Below are positions 9,706 to 20,805 of a stretch of DNA of 52,814 nt, one piece after another (the stretch's first letter is position 1; each line of letters begins with the position of its first letter). The stretch lies in IMG/VR virus record IMGVR_UViG_3300025151_000048, positions 1 to 52,814 of that record; one strand, given 5' to 3'. This DNA comes from a virus (taxonomy: Duplodnaviria; Caudoviricetes). The notes beneath the pieces were generated by a model. That model saw only the letters and a program-made list of their open reading frames with translations, ran no database searches and had not been told where the DNA came from. Position numbers and translations under genes: made by a program.

Positions 9706-10824
9706 TTATTCTGGGCAAGCGCCTTGAGCGTATGTTATTGTTCCATCAGAGTGCGTATATTTACATACCATAACACCACCGCCTCTATCTACGGTCTCTT
9801 TTTTTGGAGGTTTTGTATACCCTTTATATTTATCTTCATATTTACCTTTATAATAATCATCATATTCATCACCTAAATCATTTCTGTACATTTCTTCAGA
9901 TTCTTTAGCAACAGTTTTAATACTGCCTAATAAATGATTACTTAGCCATTTTCTTAGAAGTGGTTCATTTTCTAAAACATCAACAAATTCATCAGGTAAT
10001 TCAGGATTATTTATAATAGCCGACCCAGCACCCATTCCATTATCCATTACAATAGACATTAAATCCTCTCTAGACATGCCGTCTAATATATTATCTATTT
10101 TATATCTATAATTTCTTTCTAAATAGCTACCATCTTTAATAACCGACTTTAAGTTATGAGCTGTTTCTGTTAATGTTCTAAGTTCATTAAAACCTTCTGC
10201 GTTTATTAAATTATAATCATATCTAGGGTCACCAGACATTTTATTCATGTCTATTAACTCTTCACCATGTAATAAACTAACACCACCATTTTCATCAATT
10301 TCAATATCATATTCGTTATGTGGACTATATAAATTATTTAAATTTATTCTAGACTCATCTGAATATGCACTAATTAAATTATTGCCAAAGTCTTCGTAAT
10401 ATTTACCTCTTCTTTCTTTAAAACCATCTAAAGTAGTACTTAAATTTTTAATAGCGCTATTTATGCCATTCATTTTTTGTACAGCTCTTATATATTCTTC
10501 GCTCATAGGGTCTGCTTTTGCAGCTATTCTAGACGCTTCAAAATAATCATTTTTTTGAGTAATTAAAAATTCATTAACCTCAGGCCTCATTGATTCTTCA
10601 ACTTTAGAAAGATCAAATGAACCATAATTATTAACATATTTTTGCATTTCTAATTCATCTGCTCTTTGACGCGCTAATTTATCTCTATATTTTAGCAAAG
10701 CCATACGACTATCTCCACCCATTAATCCCTTATACATAGGTGTCATAATATCTACATATGGTTTAGAGGCTGCCCCTGCCCCTCTAATTAATGCCGCTTG
10801 TTGTTTTATTGGTGAATTTTCCAT
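9706..10824 (-). CDS. Putative middle ejection (internal virion) protein
   Basis: 372 aa helical protein between the small and giant ejection-like genes; N-terminal SPIKQ motif. Confidence 0.55.
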   Translation of the reverse strand: MENSPIKQQAALIRGAGAASKPYVDIMTPMYKGLMGGDSRMALLKYRDKLARQRADELEMQKYVNNYGSFDLSKVEESMRPEVNEFLITQKNDYFEASRIAAKADPMSEEYIRAVQKMNGINSAIKNLSTTLDGFKERRGKYYEDFGNNLISAYSDESRINLNNLYSPHNEYDIEIDENGGVSLLHGEELIDMNKMSGDPRYDYNLINAEGFNELRTLTETAHNLKSVIKDGSYLERNYRYKIDNILDGMSREDLMSIVMDNGMGAGSAIINNPELPDEFVDVLENEPLLRKWLSNHLLGSIKTVAKESEEMYRNDLGDEYDDYYKGKYEDKYKGYTKPPKKETVDRGGGVMVCKYTHSDGTITYAQGACPE

Positions 10825-10834
10825 GTTATTTATA

Positions 10835-11488
10835 TTATACTGCCTGATTTTGTTCTATATGATCAGCACCAGCTCCTAATAAGCTACCAACCCCTCCCAT
10901 TATACTTTGAGTTGCTGCTTGTCTTGCTTGATTTGCAGCTGCTACTCTTTGTTGGGACATTCCTAATAATGTACTTACTTTTTGTCTTTCTAGCCCTCTT
11001 GCTGTTTCTGCACCAGCTAGCTCTGCTTGATCTACTGCTGCCGCTCCTTGTGCCGCTTTTACTTGGTTTGCAGATTCTTGCGCGCCTAAGCCCGCTGCAG
11101 TTTGTTGTGCTGCTACATTACCTTGCCCTGCTAATGCTTGAGCCATTGCGGCAATACCAGAACCTCCTGCAGCACCACCCATATTAGACATAATATTAGA
11201 CATATTTTGCTGTTGCTGCTCTCTTTCAAAATTAGCTGCTTGTTGATTTACAGTTAAATCTTCAAATTGATTTTCCATATTAGCCGCAAGGTTAGATGTA
11301 TCTAAATTTTCAAATCTAGCTTTATTTCTATTCATTTCAGCCATAGCCGCTCTTTGCTCTTGCCTTCTTCCCTTGCCACCAATAATGCCACCCGCAATAC
11401 CGGTTAACCCAGTTATTGCGCCTTTCATTACGCCGGCGGTAAGACCTGCTTGTTTTATTGCTGATGAGTTATATAATCCTTGTGCCAT
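10835..11488 (-). CDS. Putative small ejection/DNA transfer protein (P22 gp7/T7 gp14-like)
   Basis: 217 aa, Ala/Gln/Gly-rich with Gly-rich hydrophobic ends and a coiled-coil middle; immediately downstream of the tail genes. Confidence 0.65.
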   Translation of the reverse strand: MAQGLYNSSAIKQAGLTAGVMKGAITGLTGIAGGIIGGKGRRQEQRAAMAEMNRNKARFENLDTSNLAANMENQFEDLTVNQQAANFEREQQQQNMSNIMSNMGGAAGGSGIAAMAQALAGQGNVAAQQTAAGLGAQESANQVKAAQGAAAVDQAELAGAETARGLERQKVSTLLGMSQQRVAAANQARQAATQSIMGGVGSLLGAGADHIEQNQAV

Positions 11489-11512
11489 TTTTTATTAATT
11501 AATTGTTATTAT

Positions 11513-11541
11513 TATTATTACATTTTTAATCAGTAAACTAA
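11513..11541 (-). promoter_or_regulatory. Candidate late promoter TTA-N17-GTAATAWTA
   Basis: Same motif and spacing at 11513, 31263 and 46693, each intergenic and upstream of a minus-strand gene block. Confidence 0.5.
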
Positions 11542-11543
11542 CT

Positions 11544-11888
11544 TTATTTACTGCTTTGGAACACTTCTGAACCAACAGAAAATAATTCAACTTCTGTAGT
11601 AGAATCATTTCTAAATTGAACTTCTGCATAATATCCTTTTAAATTTGATGTATTTGCTCTAGATTCTTTTGCAAAGAATATATAGCTACTATTAGTAGGC
11701 GGGTCTACATTAACAGGTATTTGTGCTGTAACTGTTGTGTTGCCATTGGCGGCTACAGTTATACTTGCAATAGCGCCTATTTCGATAATAGTATCACCAC
11801 CATCATTAGTATAATATAATACATCTCCAATTTGCGCTGATACATTCAACGCAAACGGGAATAGTAAAGTTATTAATTGTGTATCCAT
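11544..11888 (-). CDS. Tail protein resembling the C-terminal piece of the tail stabilisation/nozzle protein
   Basis: 114 aa ending LKGYYAEVQFRNDS..VELFSVGSEVFQSSK, a beta-rich ending recalled from related phage nozzle proteins. Confidence 0.5.
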   Translation of the reverse strand: MDTQLITLLFPFALNVSAQIGDVLYYTNDGGDTIIEIGAIASITVAANGNTTVTAQIPVNVDPPTNSSYIFFAKESRANTSNLKGYYAEVQFRNDSTTEVELFSVGSEVFQSSK

Positions 11889-11900
11889 TTTATATTTTTA

Positions 11901-13964
11901 TTATGTACAACCTGTACCTCCTCTTGTTATAGTTGTATTTGCTGAATCTGCCGCTTCTGGATCCCATCTTTGACCACAGAAAGTATTACCACTTGTTTCA
12001 TTTCCAACCGATATATTTTGTAAATTACCGGTACAATCTATATATGTTATAGTTGTTGTTTTGGATGTTTTACCAGTATACACATATGTATATGTATAAC
12101 AATTTGCAGAACAAGCACCAGCGTTTGTAATTGCAACTGTACCATCTCCACTTGTTGTATATGTTGCAGCTGGAGTAGTTAAACCACAGAATGTAAATGA
12201 ATCACCATTAGGTACTTTTATAGTATAAGTTTTACCACTACAAGCTGTGAAATCTAAAGATCCACCTCTAGGTGCACTACCCGCATTATCATTAAGTGTC
12301 CAAGTACAACATGTATTTGTGCTGCCAACTGTTATTAATGATGTTAAATCTAATGTAAATGTTTGTGAAGTATCCCCATACTTTTCAATAATTCCATTAA
12401 CTTTTATAGTAACAGTGGTTTGGTCCGCGGATAAAGTTGCTGTTACTGGTAATTCTAATACACTCCCTTTTCTATTGCTAAATTTTAACTCAGAGCCTCC
12501 TTCAGCAACAGTATATGGTAAATGTAACTGTTGAGGTGTTACAGTTAAATTATTACTAGCTATACTAGAAACTGTACATACAGGTGGTGTGCCAGCAGTA
12601 GTAACACTATAAGCGGCATTAGGGTCAGCCGCTTCCATCCTCATACCTGTGGCAATACCAGTTACCACCGCTACAGGCACCGTAGTGCTTAACTGTACTT
12701 CCTCTGTATTTTCTGTTGTATATTCAGTTAGGTTTGTCCAAGAGACTGTAGGGTTAGAAACTAAAGATATAGCTTGTCCAGCTGCCGCTGTAACTGTCCA
12801 CTTTATTGTATTATAATAATTACTACTACCAACTGAAGGAGAAGAATTTGAAGGATATGTTCTTGTTATTGTAGTGCTTGCTTGTTCAGCATCATTTAAT
12901 GCCGCAGATGTAACAGTTAAATTAGCGCCAGTAGTATTAAATGTTAATATTACTTTGCCATATTGATTTATACAAACAGGATTAATTTGCGGGAATGGTT
13001 CTATTAAATCCCCATCTAAAGTAAAACAATATTGGTCGGCTGTTGCAGATGCTGGTATTTCTATATTAACATCTACATACCCAGAAGCTGGTATAGTTTG
13101 TATAGGCGTTATTGAATAAGAATAAACAATTCCGCTATCTTCTGGTAATGTAAGTATTTCCCCATTGCTAGATTCTAAAGTAAATGTTGCGCCAACATTA
13201 CCATATACACGCATTGTTTTTTGGCATCCATCAGGCCCTACGTCAGAGGTATCTAATGTGTAATTTGTTATTTTAATTTCAGGTACTTGTATTTGAGTAG
13301 GTTGAAATAATTTAATCCTTACTTTATCATTTATTAAATAAGCATCACTACCTTCGCCACATTTATCAGTAAAGGTATAGTTTACACTTATTGTAGTTGA
13401 TGTTACCTGCCCGTCTGAATTAGTAGTATTGGTTTCTGTAACGCTATATTGATTAGAGTCTGATACAAATAATTCTGCAGACGGAATAGTTTGATTTGCA
13501 AAAAAGTATCCACTTTGACACGTATATGTTCTTGAAAATAATGTAACTGTTTGCCCTTCTACGCCACAGACATTAAATATTGTGTTTTCTGGTATAGGAC
13601 TACCAGTTTGAATATTATAATATGTGCTTCCTCCAGAAACTTCTAAATCTATATCGCAGCAAAGCTCACTTATAACTGCCTCGCCAGAAATACAAAGAGC
13701 TAAATCAACATTAGCCGCGGGCATTGTAAATGGATTATCAAAAGTAACTGTGCATAATACATTATTGCCATCTTGAGTAAATATAACAGTATTTATATAA
13801 TTTAAATCTGTATTTGTCCAAGAAAAATCATTGGCATTAATTGAATAACCTTCATCTGGTGTTATTGTTAATACAGCAGTAGGATGAGTATTATATACAT
13901 TTGTACCAGAAACTGCAGTATAAACTACGGATGTTATTGTATAATTATTTAAAGATGTAGGCAT
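11901..13964 (-). CDS. Tail-associated beta-rich (Ig-like) protein with Cys-containing C-terminal repeats
   Basis: 687 aa, Thr/Ser/Val-rich; two C-terminal repeats (CxxWT..FTACSG..FTFCG / CYTYT..YIDCTG..NTFCG). Confidence 0.6.
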   Translation of the reverse strand: MPTSLNNYTITSVVYTAVSGTNVYNTHPTAVLTITPDEGYSINANDFSWTNTDLNYINTVIFTQDGNNVLCTVTFDNPFTMPAANVDLALCISGEAVISELCCDIDLEVSGGSTYYNIQTGSPIPENTIFNVCGVEGQTVTLFSRTYTCQSGYFFANQTIPSAELFVSDSNQYSVTETNTTNSDGQVTSTTISVNYTFTDKCGEGSDAYLINDKVRIKLFQPTQIQVPEIKITNYTLDTSDVGPDGCQKTMRVYGNVGATFTLESSNGEILTLPEDSGIVYSYSITPIQTIPASGYVDVNIEIPASATADQYCFTLDGDLIEPFPQINPVCINQYGKVILTFNTTGANLTVTSAALNDAEQASTTITRTYPSNSSPSVGSSNYYNTIKWTVTAAAGQAISLVSNPTVSWTNLTEYTTENTEEVQLSTTVPVAVVTGIATGMRMEAADPNAAYSVTTAGTPPVCTVSSIASNNLTVTPQQLHLPYTVAEGGSELKFSNRKGSVLELPVTATLSADQTTVTIKVNGIIEKYGDTSQTFTLDLTSLITVGSTNTCCTWTLNDNAGSAPRGGSLDFTACSGKTYTIKVPNGDSFTFCGLTTPAATYTTSGDGTVAITNAGACSANCYTYTYVYTGKTSKTTTITYIDCTGNLQNISVGNETSGNTFCGQRWDPEAADSANTTITRGGTGCT

Positions 13965-13965
13965 A

Positions 13966-16900
13966 TTAACAGTTATTTAATTGATTCATAGTCTTTATTT
14001 GAGTTATAATTCCATTTTCATAAACGACAAATTTAAATACACCGTTCATATTAGGCCAATTAGCATTAGTATTCCAATTTTGTATATTAAAAGTCCAACT
14101 ACAAGTATTATATGTAGTGGTACTAGGGTTTTGGCCACTTGATTGTATACAATCATTAGAATCAATATGATTAGAATTCCATGCAAATATACCATCATCG
14201 CTGTTGCCCATTGGAGTATCATCCATGTTATAAAGCTGTGTCCCAACTTGTATTCCATCCCCTGGCGCATATTTAAAACTAGTACCTATTCTATCGGTAT
14301 TTGTATATCCGCCAATTGATGCTAAAAATTCAAGAATTCCACATTTAGCTGTTTGCGCTCTATCTGCTGGGGCAGTTGATGAGTAAGCTGTTAGCAGGTT
14401 TAATACTGGTCCATTATTTTTACAAGCTATGCCGGTTGTTGCTGTAAATGTTATATAAGACGCAGGTTGAGTACATGCCGCCAATGTATTATATTGTGTT
14501 TTTGCAGTTATTTTACTATTTTCAACAGTTATAATATAATATGTATCAGGCACTGTAGCGGAGTTGTCATTTGCATTTAATGCACTATCACTTGGATCGC
14601 CTTGTCCTATATATAAATATTTACCATCCCATGCAGAACCAATTAAATTAAAGGGAGCAAATTCTTCATGCAGATAAGTACCTACTTCAATTCCCGCGCT
14701 AGCTAAGTGGTTGAATTTTTTAGACTCCTTAGTAATATTAGTAGCACCTACGGGATATTCATTATAAAATGTTTCAATAGCACATTTTACATTTTGATCA
14801 CTAGTTTCGGGTCTAATATCTGTAGTTCCGTTAGAGCCTCCCCATAAATACCAAAAATAACTTTTATAATTAGGTGTTTCAGTTGATTCTGTAGAACAAG
14901 AAGTATCTACACTTACTGTAATATTATATGTAGTAGGATTACTAGATGTTACAGTTGCATTACCTATACCCTGAACTGGGAATGCACTACTATCTATATT
15001 ATTGTCACAATTATCTACATACCTATTTGTTAATCCTTTTATTTTTTGGAACCATTTATTTTCTTTCTTTTTAAATTCTTTTATAGAACCTTCTTCAATA
15101 TCTGTATTTATATAATTAGTATACCAACCAGTTTTTGATAAAGTTTCACTATTAATTAGTGATGGCGTTATTTGCTGGTGGATTACTTGGTCCATAGTTA
15201 ATCCGCTTAATCCAGAAGACGTTCCGTATGTATATCTTCTAGAACTTGAGCCACTAAAGTTTAATGTTTTAAATCCTTTTACAGTTTCTGTGGCATCATT
15301 TAATACAACATTTACAGAACTATCATATTGTGTATCATATATATTATTATATGTATCATTAGAATATTCTTCCCAAATTAACCCTTTGTTAAAAGTATAA
15401 TACCTATCATTTATAGATACACCACTTTCCAAAGGATATACAGAACTACCTGATTTTGAATAATAAGATTTTCTACTAGTCCATCCACCGACAGTTTCTT
15501 TAAATGATAATGTTGTAGTATATATATTATCTGTAGTATCATCGGCCACCTCACAATGCGTTCTATCTTTAGGTGTTGAAGATAATTTATCTTGCCACTC
15601 CGCAGTTAAAGAATCTAATGTTAAATTATAATTTTCTTTATCATCATCATAACTACCTATAATTTTAGTACATACAGGCAAATTATCAGAAAAGAAATCA
15701 GCCATTCCTTTTAATGCAATATTAGTAATACCGTCTTGTGATAATCTAATTATTGCACCTCTATTTTTATCTGCAAAATAGCTTCTAAATCCATAAGCAG
15801 AAAATGACTCTGGATTTTTACTAATACCAAATTCACCAGCATAAGGCATTGCTTGCCCCAATACTTTGTTGTTAGATATAAGCTGTGGGTTCCCGCTGGC
15901 TTCAAATAAAGCATCTTTATTGGCTAATATTTGCAAACACTTATCTTCGCATAAGGTAATTAAATTGGTGTTCCTAGAATGCAGTTTTTGAATACTGCCA
16001 TATTCTGGGTTTAAGTCTTTTGTAATAGGTTCCCCTTGTATAAATTGATTAGTTCTATTTATACCAGACATAGAATTATATATACCAGAAAATATTAATC
16101 CACTGCCTCTTCTTTCTTCAGCATAAGGCCCTTCAAATATACTAGATACTTTTACACCTTTACCAACAATAGGGGCATTAAAATCATCTCTAATTCTATC
16201 AGATTCTACAGCATTACCGAATGAATAAACATTAGAATAATCTAATACTTTAGGTGAAGCGCCGTTAATTTCGGATATAGGAAATGCTTTACTTGCTTCA
16301 TAATATATATCAATATCAACAGCTTCTTTTGGCTCTGTTTCAAATATAGCTGGGTTTGTAGATGATAAAATAGAATTATTATCTGAAGATGAAGAATCTT
16401 CTGTTCGCACTTCAATACCCGCAAGCTTTCCTAAAGCAGTAGCAGATCCATCTCCAATCCATTCATCTCCAAAGCTACCCAGCGGCTCTTCTAATTCTAA
16501 GGCTATAGCTATATGCTTATTTTTTGAAGAATCTACCATGCAATTACTATCACAATCACTACATACAAATTTTTTTCTTCCTCTCCATTGTCCACATCTG
16601 TAATGGCGTTTAACCGTATATTCCCCTGAAACAAAATCAGCATTATCTGTACCAGCCTTACCAACTAATCTTATTTTAGCACCCTCAGCTAAATCAGTCA
16701 TAGGTTTACCAGTATATTGTAAACCATGAGTACTAAATTCTTCTTCATCAACAGTCCTACGCCCAACATAAACCATTGAAATATATTTCCCACCTACATA
16801 AGGGCGATTATAAACCTCATGCATTTTTGTCTCGGGGTCGCTATTAGGTGGGCCACCATGATTGCTGGTTGTATTTTTAGATCCATTTCCACCGCCTACA

Positions 16901-19647
16901 AGATCACCCATTAATTTATATTTACCATTACAAGGGCTCCATCCGCAGGCATCACCAGGATATACAGCAACTCTAGTGTCTGAACCTCTATCCCCCCAAT
17001 AAAAACCAAAACCATCAGATTCCTCATCACAATATAAATCCTCGTTTACAAATGTTCTGGTTCCTCCGTCTCTTTGACTTACATATATAGAAGCTGAAGT
17101 GCTATAATTTTTATTTAAAGTTGTAAAAGGTTTAACTATATTAGTTTCAAAATCAGTATCTTTATTTATTTTAACAAAAAACCTGCCTTCAAATTCTGGT
17201 AAATTATTAGGCATCCTTTTAAATAGCCTCATTGTAACTAATGTCCCATTGGGCAATCCATTAAGGCCCATAAATGCAGCAGAGCTTCCCATTTTTTTAT
17301 CTAATGTAACTTTATAATCTCTACTATCAGCATCACCCGTAACCGGGCCTCCGCTTAATACACCTAATAAATCGGTCTTATTAGAAGTATATAATATTTG
17401 TATCTCTACATCCCCATTAAAACCTTGTCTAAATTGTGGGTTTTCATCAACTTTTGGACCTTTAAAATTTAATTCTGAAAAGTCAGAATCAAATCCAGAG
17501 ACAACTTCAATTTCGTAATCAACAGCAATACATTTTTTAGTATTAGCTATAAAATCAGGGGCTGAGTTTTCAATATCTAATATTTTGTATCTACAAGGGC
17601 CAATAGAAGGATTATTATTATCATGCTGTTTTTTTAGTATAAGATACGTTTCCATATCAACTTTATTTCTTTCTGATGAAGGAAAGCTAAGCCATACATT
17701 CCCATCTTCTGCTGGATAATATCTATCTAATGCTAAATTATAATATTCATTAGATGTATCTTTAATAAAGTATTTAGCATGAGTAATCCAACTTGGCATA
17801 TTAGGTATCGTTTCTAATTTAGCCGTTAATTTATTTACTTTATCAGCATTCTGTTTATCAATTTGGATAGTTGCATCAGAATTTGTAAATACAGGTGTTT
17901 GTCTACCATAGGTATCTTGAAATACAATTCCTAATTGATATTTTCTTATTGTTTTAATTGAGCTAAAAGGCCTAAGAGAATTATTGTTTTCAGCAGCATC
18001 AATTTCAGGGTCATTACCTGGGTGGGTATTATTAGATGTATTTAATATTAATTTAGATTTTGGTACATCAAAATTTTGTGTATAATTAGCATATATTAAT
18101 CTATTTGCAGATATTTCTTGCGCTAAAGCTTTTCTTGGAACATTATCCCATGGTCTAAGCAATTGGTTTGCCTCTACAGTTTTGCCAATTAATTCTGTCT
18201 TTAATTGAAAAGATGTTATTGATTTGTCTTTTATAGTATCAACTACATATATATTATTTGATCTAGATTTTTTAAATAAAATATCTACTTCAACAACCTC
18301 TGCACTTCCCCATTCCCAATCTTTTATTATTAATGACCTTATATGGTTTTGCATACCTAAATTATATCCGTCTGAAGATAAATATTCAAAATCATCGCCT
18401 TCAAAAACAACTTGTGTAAATGGTGAAAAACAAGAGTACTCCCCGTTTTCATATTTCCATCTATATGCAAACCTAGGAAATTCAAATTCAAACATTGGAT
18501 CTTTTTCTTCCAATAACGCTTCCCATGTTATTAAAATAGATTCATTATTAATATCAACTTGCCTTAATATATTTGAAGGTATAGATAATATTCTTCCCGT
18601 AATATATTGTCCATTTGGATTTTGGGTAAGTACTATTCTTATTTGATATTCATCTTCATTATTATTATCACCTACAATACTACCTGATAAAACTATTATA
18701 TCTCCTTCTAACCAACCAGTAGGGGCTTGATTAAAAGGACCTATAGTTACAGTTTCCATATTGTCTTGGTATTTTCTATTTTCTTCATCTAATAAAGAAT
18801 CTTCATACCATTCGCCATATGTAGGCAAAGGCCTATATCTTACTGCTAAATATTCAGTAGCTGGATATGTTATATATGTAAAATTTTCATATGTATCTCC
18901 AGTTTCTGGGTAATTACTTGTGAAATTATATATAGTGGATATTGGCGTAACCCCAGTTCCTGGTACTTCTACGCCCTCTGAAGACCTAGTGGATGTTGCA
19001 ACGTCAATTGCCGGTGCGGTTAAAGGAGATTTTTTAATTACTGTTATGTCAGCTTCAACAAAATCTGCGCCCAAAGGAGTTTCATATTCTCCATTAGAAG
19101 TATTATATGTGGGTATTTTAGAATGTATATGAAAAGTACTAGAACCTTTTTTAAATTTTTTTATATTTATTTTTTTTGGCTCTGTTTGATTATCAGTCCA
19201 AAATAATAAATCATCTACTATATTTATACCAGTTATATGATTTTTACTTTTAAAACTAAGTATACCTTTAGTGTCAACTAAAATAGGTACAACTACTTTT
19301 GTTTTGGTATTATATTCTGCTATTGCGCTAACATTATCACTTGCAATAAACCAGTATATACACTCAGTAGGCTCATGCCTTATAGATCCAATACAAACAG
19401 GATTTGATAAACTACTTATATAATCACTATCAGCCCAATCAGATGTAGATACAATATTGCTTATGCCGCTACCTAATCCTTTTTTCTGAGTATTACCTTT
19501 GATGTTTTGCAATGCGCCAACATGACTATCTTCAGATGTAGCCACTGTAACATTTAATGCATCTCTATACTCGCCATTTGGTACCATTCTTTCGTCGATG
19601 TCTTTATTCATTCGACCCGACGTAAAGTTATGAATTAATTCCGGCAT
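13966..19647 (-). CDS. Tail stabilisation / nozzle (muzzle) protein
   Basis: 1893 aa; N-terminal FTSGRMNKDIDERMVPNGEYRDALN and LLFWTDNQTEPKKINI, typical of crAss-like/P22 gp10-like nozzle proteins; follows the ring proteins. Confidence 0.75.
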   Translation of the reverse strand: MPELIHNFTSGRMNKDIDERMVPNGEYRDALNVTVATSEDSHVGALQNIKGNTQKKGLGSGISNIVSTSDWADSDYISSLSNPVCIGSIRHEPTECIYWFIASDNVSAIAEYNTKTKVVVPILVDTKGILSFKSKNHITGINIVDDLLFWTDNQTEPKKINIKKFKKGSSTFHIHSKIPTYNTSNGEYETPLGADFVEADITVIKKSPLTAPAIDVATSTRSSEGVEVPGTGVTPISTIYNFTSNYPETGDTYENFTYITYPATEYLAVRYRPLPTYGEWYEDSLLDEENRKYQDNMETVTIGPFNQAPTGWLEGDIIVLSGSIVGDNNNEDEYQIRIVLTQNPNGQYITGRILSIPSNILRQVDINNESILITWEALLEEKDPMFEFEFPRFAYRWKYENGEYSCFSPFTQVVFEGDDFEYLSSDGYNLGMQNHIRSLIIKDWEWGSAEVVEVDILFKKSRSNNIYVVDTIKDKSITSFQLKTELIGKTVEANQLLRPWDNVPRKALAQEISANRLIYANYTQNFDVPKSKLILNTSNNTHPGNDPEIDAAENNNSLRPFSSIKTIRKYQLGIVFQDTYGRQTPVFTNSDATIQIDKQNADKVNKLTAKLETIPNMPSWITHAKYFIKDTSNEYYNLALDRYYPAEDGNVWLSFPSSERNKVDMETYLILKKQHDNNNPSIGPCRYKILDIENSAPDFIANTKKCIAVDYEIEVVSGFDSDFSELNFKGPKVDENPQFRQGFNGDVEIQILYTSNKTDLLGVLSGGPVTGDADSRDYKVTLDKKMGSSAAFMGLNGLPNGTLVTMRLFKRMPNNLPEFEGRFFVKINKDTDFETNIVKPFTTLNKNYSTSASIYVSQRDGGTRTFVNEDLYCDEESDGFGFYWGDRGSDTRVAVYPGDACGWSPCNGKYKLMGDLVGGGNGSKNTTSNHGGPPNSDPETKMHEVYNRPYVGGKYISMVYVGRRTVDEEEFSTHGLQYTGKPMTDLAEGAKIRLVGKAGTDNADFVSGEYTVKRHYRCGQWRGRKKFVCSDCDSNCMVDSSKNKHIAIALELEEPLGSFGDEWIGDGSATALGKLAGIEVRTEDSSSSDNNSILSSTNPAIFETEPKEAVDIDIYYEASKAFPISEINGASPKVLDYSNVYSFGNAVESDRIRDDFNAPIVGKGVKVSSIFEGPYAEERRGSGLIFSGIYNSMSGINRTNQFIQGEPITKDLNPEYGSIQKLHSRNTNLITLCEDKCLQILANKDALFEASGNPQLISNNKVLGQAMPYAGEFGISKNPESFSAYGFRSYFADKNRGAIIRLSQDGITNIALKGMADFFSDNLPVCTKIIGSYDDDKENYNLTLDSLTAEWQDKLSSTPKDRTHCEVADDTTDNIYTTTLSFKETVGGWTSRKSYYSKSGSSVYPLESGVSINDRYYTFNKGLIWEEYSNDTYNNIYDTQYDSSVNVVLNDATETVKGFKTLNFSGSSSRRYTYGTSSGLSGLTMDQVIHQQITPSLINSETLSKTGWYTNYINTDIEEGSIKEFKKKENKWFQKIKGLTNRYVDNCDNNIDSSAFPVQGIGNATVTSSNPTTYNITVSVDTSCSTESTETPNYKSYFWYLWGGSNGTTDIRPETSDQNVKCAIETFYNEYPVGATNITKESKKFNHLASAGIEVGTYLHEEFAPFNLIGSAWDGKYLYIGQGDPSDSALNANDNSATVPDTYYIITVENSKITAKTQYNTLAACTQPASYITFTATTGIACKNNGPVLNLLTAYSSTAPADRAQTAKCGILEFLASIGGYTNTDRIGTSFKYAPGDGIQVGTQLYNMDDTPMGNSDDGIFAWNSNHIDSNDCIQSSGQNPSTTTYNTCSWTFNIQNWNTNANWPNMNGVFKFVVYENGIITQIKTMNQLNNC

Positions 19648-19650
19648 ATT

Positions 19651-20802
19651 TTAGTGTTTTATAAATTTAGATTTACCTCTCATTACTTGAGCTAATTCTT
19701 CTGCTTTTAAATTACTTAGTCTTAATTTTGCTTTTCTAGTTTCAGCAAACCTTTCTTTTTTGAATCTAGCAACTAAATACTCAGGTGTATTTGCCCTTGT
19801 TGCTAAAATAGCATGTGCAATATACTTATACATTGCTTCTTCAGCAAATTTATGAACTAGCATTTCGTCATCTGTTCCTAAACTGTCGCTTATATATTTT
19901 AAAGTGATTATTTTGCCAGTCATACTTGAATCAAAATATATCATACCTTTTAAAGGATCAATAAAATATGAACCATTTGATTGCGCATTTTCAGGATTTA
20001 ATCCATATCTTTTACCAGCTAATCCATTATTCCTAGGATAATGAGAATCAGTTCTTGTTTCACTAGTTGTAGCGTTTTCAAACTTTTTCCAGGTCTCTGA
20101 ATTATATGCTGTTAATAAAGTGCCATCATTATCAAAAGAATAATTAAAATCTCCATCTTGTAATAAAGCTTGCGGGTTGCTAGTTTTTCTAGCAGGGTAA
20201 ATAATTCTTTCAATACCATCTGCATCTACCCATGACAATTTAACATAGTTTACATAATCATGTGGCAACTTCATAGTAAGGGAAGGTGGTATTTCTATTT
20301 CTTGTGATTTCTCTGACCTTAAAGTATCATAACTAAATTCAGCTAAACCCCTTTGCGCGTGAAAAGCCACATCTACTCTTCTAGCTTTACTTATTATTTT
20401 TTCTTCACCAACATAAGATATAATAAAATTATTTATTATATTTTCTAAAGTAACATATTGATAATCGCCATATTCTTCAGCAATTAATGTTTCTCTAAAT
20501 AATATAGTTAATCCTGTTAAAGGCGCGCCGCTGGCAGCCTGTACATCTGTATTTACATCTGTATTAGTAAAAACAATATTATAAGAATCATCTGCAGTTG
20601 TATCGCCTGGAGATGTTCCATTATAAGAATAATTACTTTTACTTATTTCAATATCATTTATAAATACTTGTATATCTGCTTGCTGCGTAGGTCTTGTTGT
20701 AAAGTATGCCGTTGTTACATTAAATGTAACTGTTGTTCCATCTCCTGTAAAACTTTGACTTTGGTCATAATACCCTTGTTGTGTTCCTTCAAATAGTGGC
20801 AT
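19651..20802 (-). CDS. Tail ring/tubular structural protein
   Basis: 383 aa; LPHDYVNYVKLS motif; lies between adaptor and nozzle. Confidence 0.6.
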   Translation of the reverse strand: MPLFEGTQQGYYDQSQSFTGDGTTVTFNVTTAYFTTRPTQQADIQVFINDIEISKSNYSYNGTSPGDTTADDSYNIVFTNTDVNTDVQAASGAPLTGLTILFRETLIAEEYGDYQYVTLENIINNFIISYVGEEKIISKARRVDVAFHAQRGLAEFSYDTLRSEKSQEIEIPPSLTMKLPHDYVNYVKLSWVDADGIERIIYPARKTSNPQALLQDGDFNYSFDNDGTLLTAYNSETWKKFENATTSETRTDSHYPRNNGLAGKRYGLNPENAQSNGSYFIDPLKGMIYFDSSMTGKIITLKYISDSLGTDDEMLVHKFAEEAMYKYIAHAILATRANTPEYLVARFKKERFAETRKAKLRLSNLKAEELAQVMRGKSKFIKH

Positions 20803-20805
20803 ATC

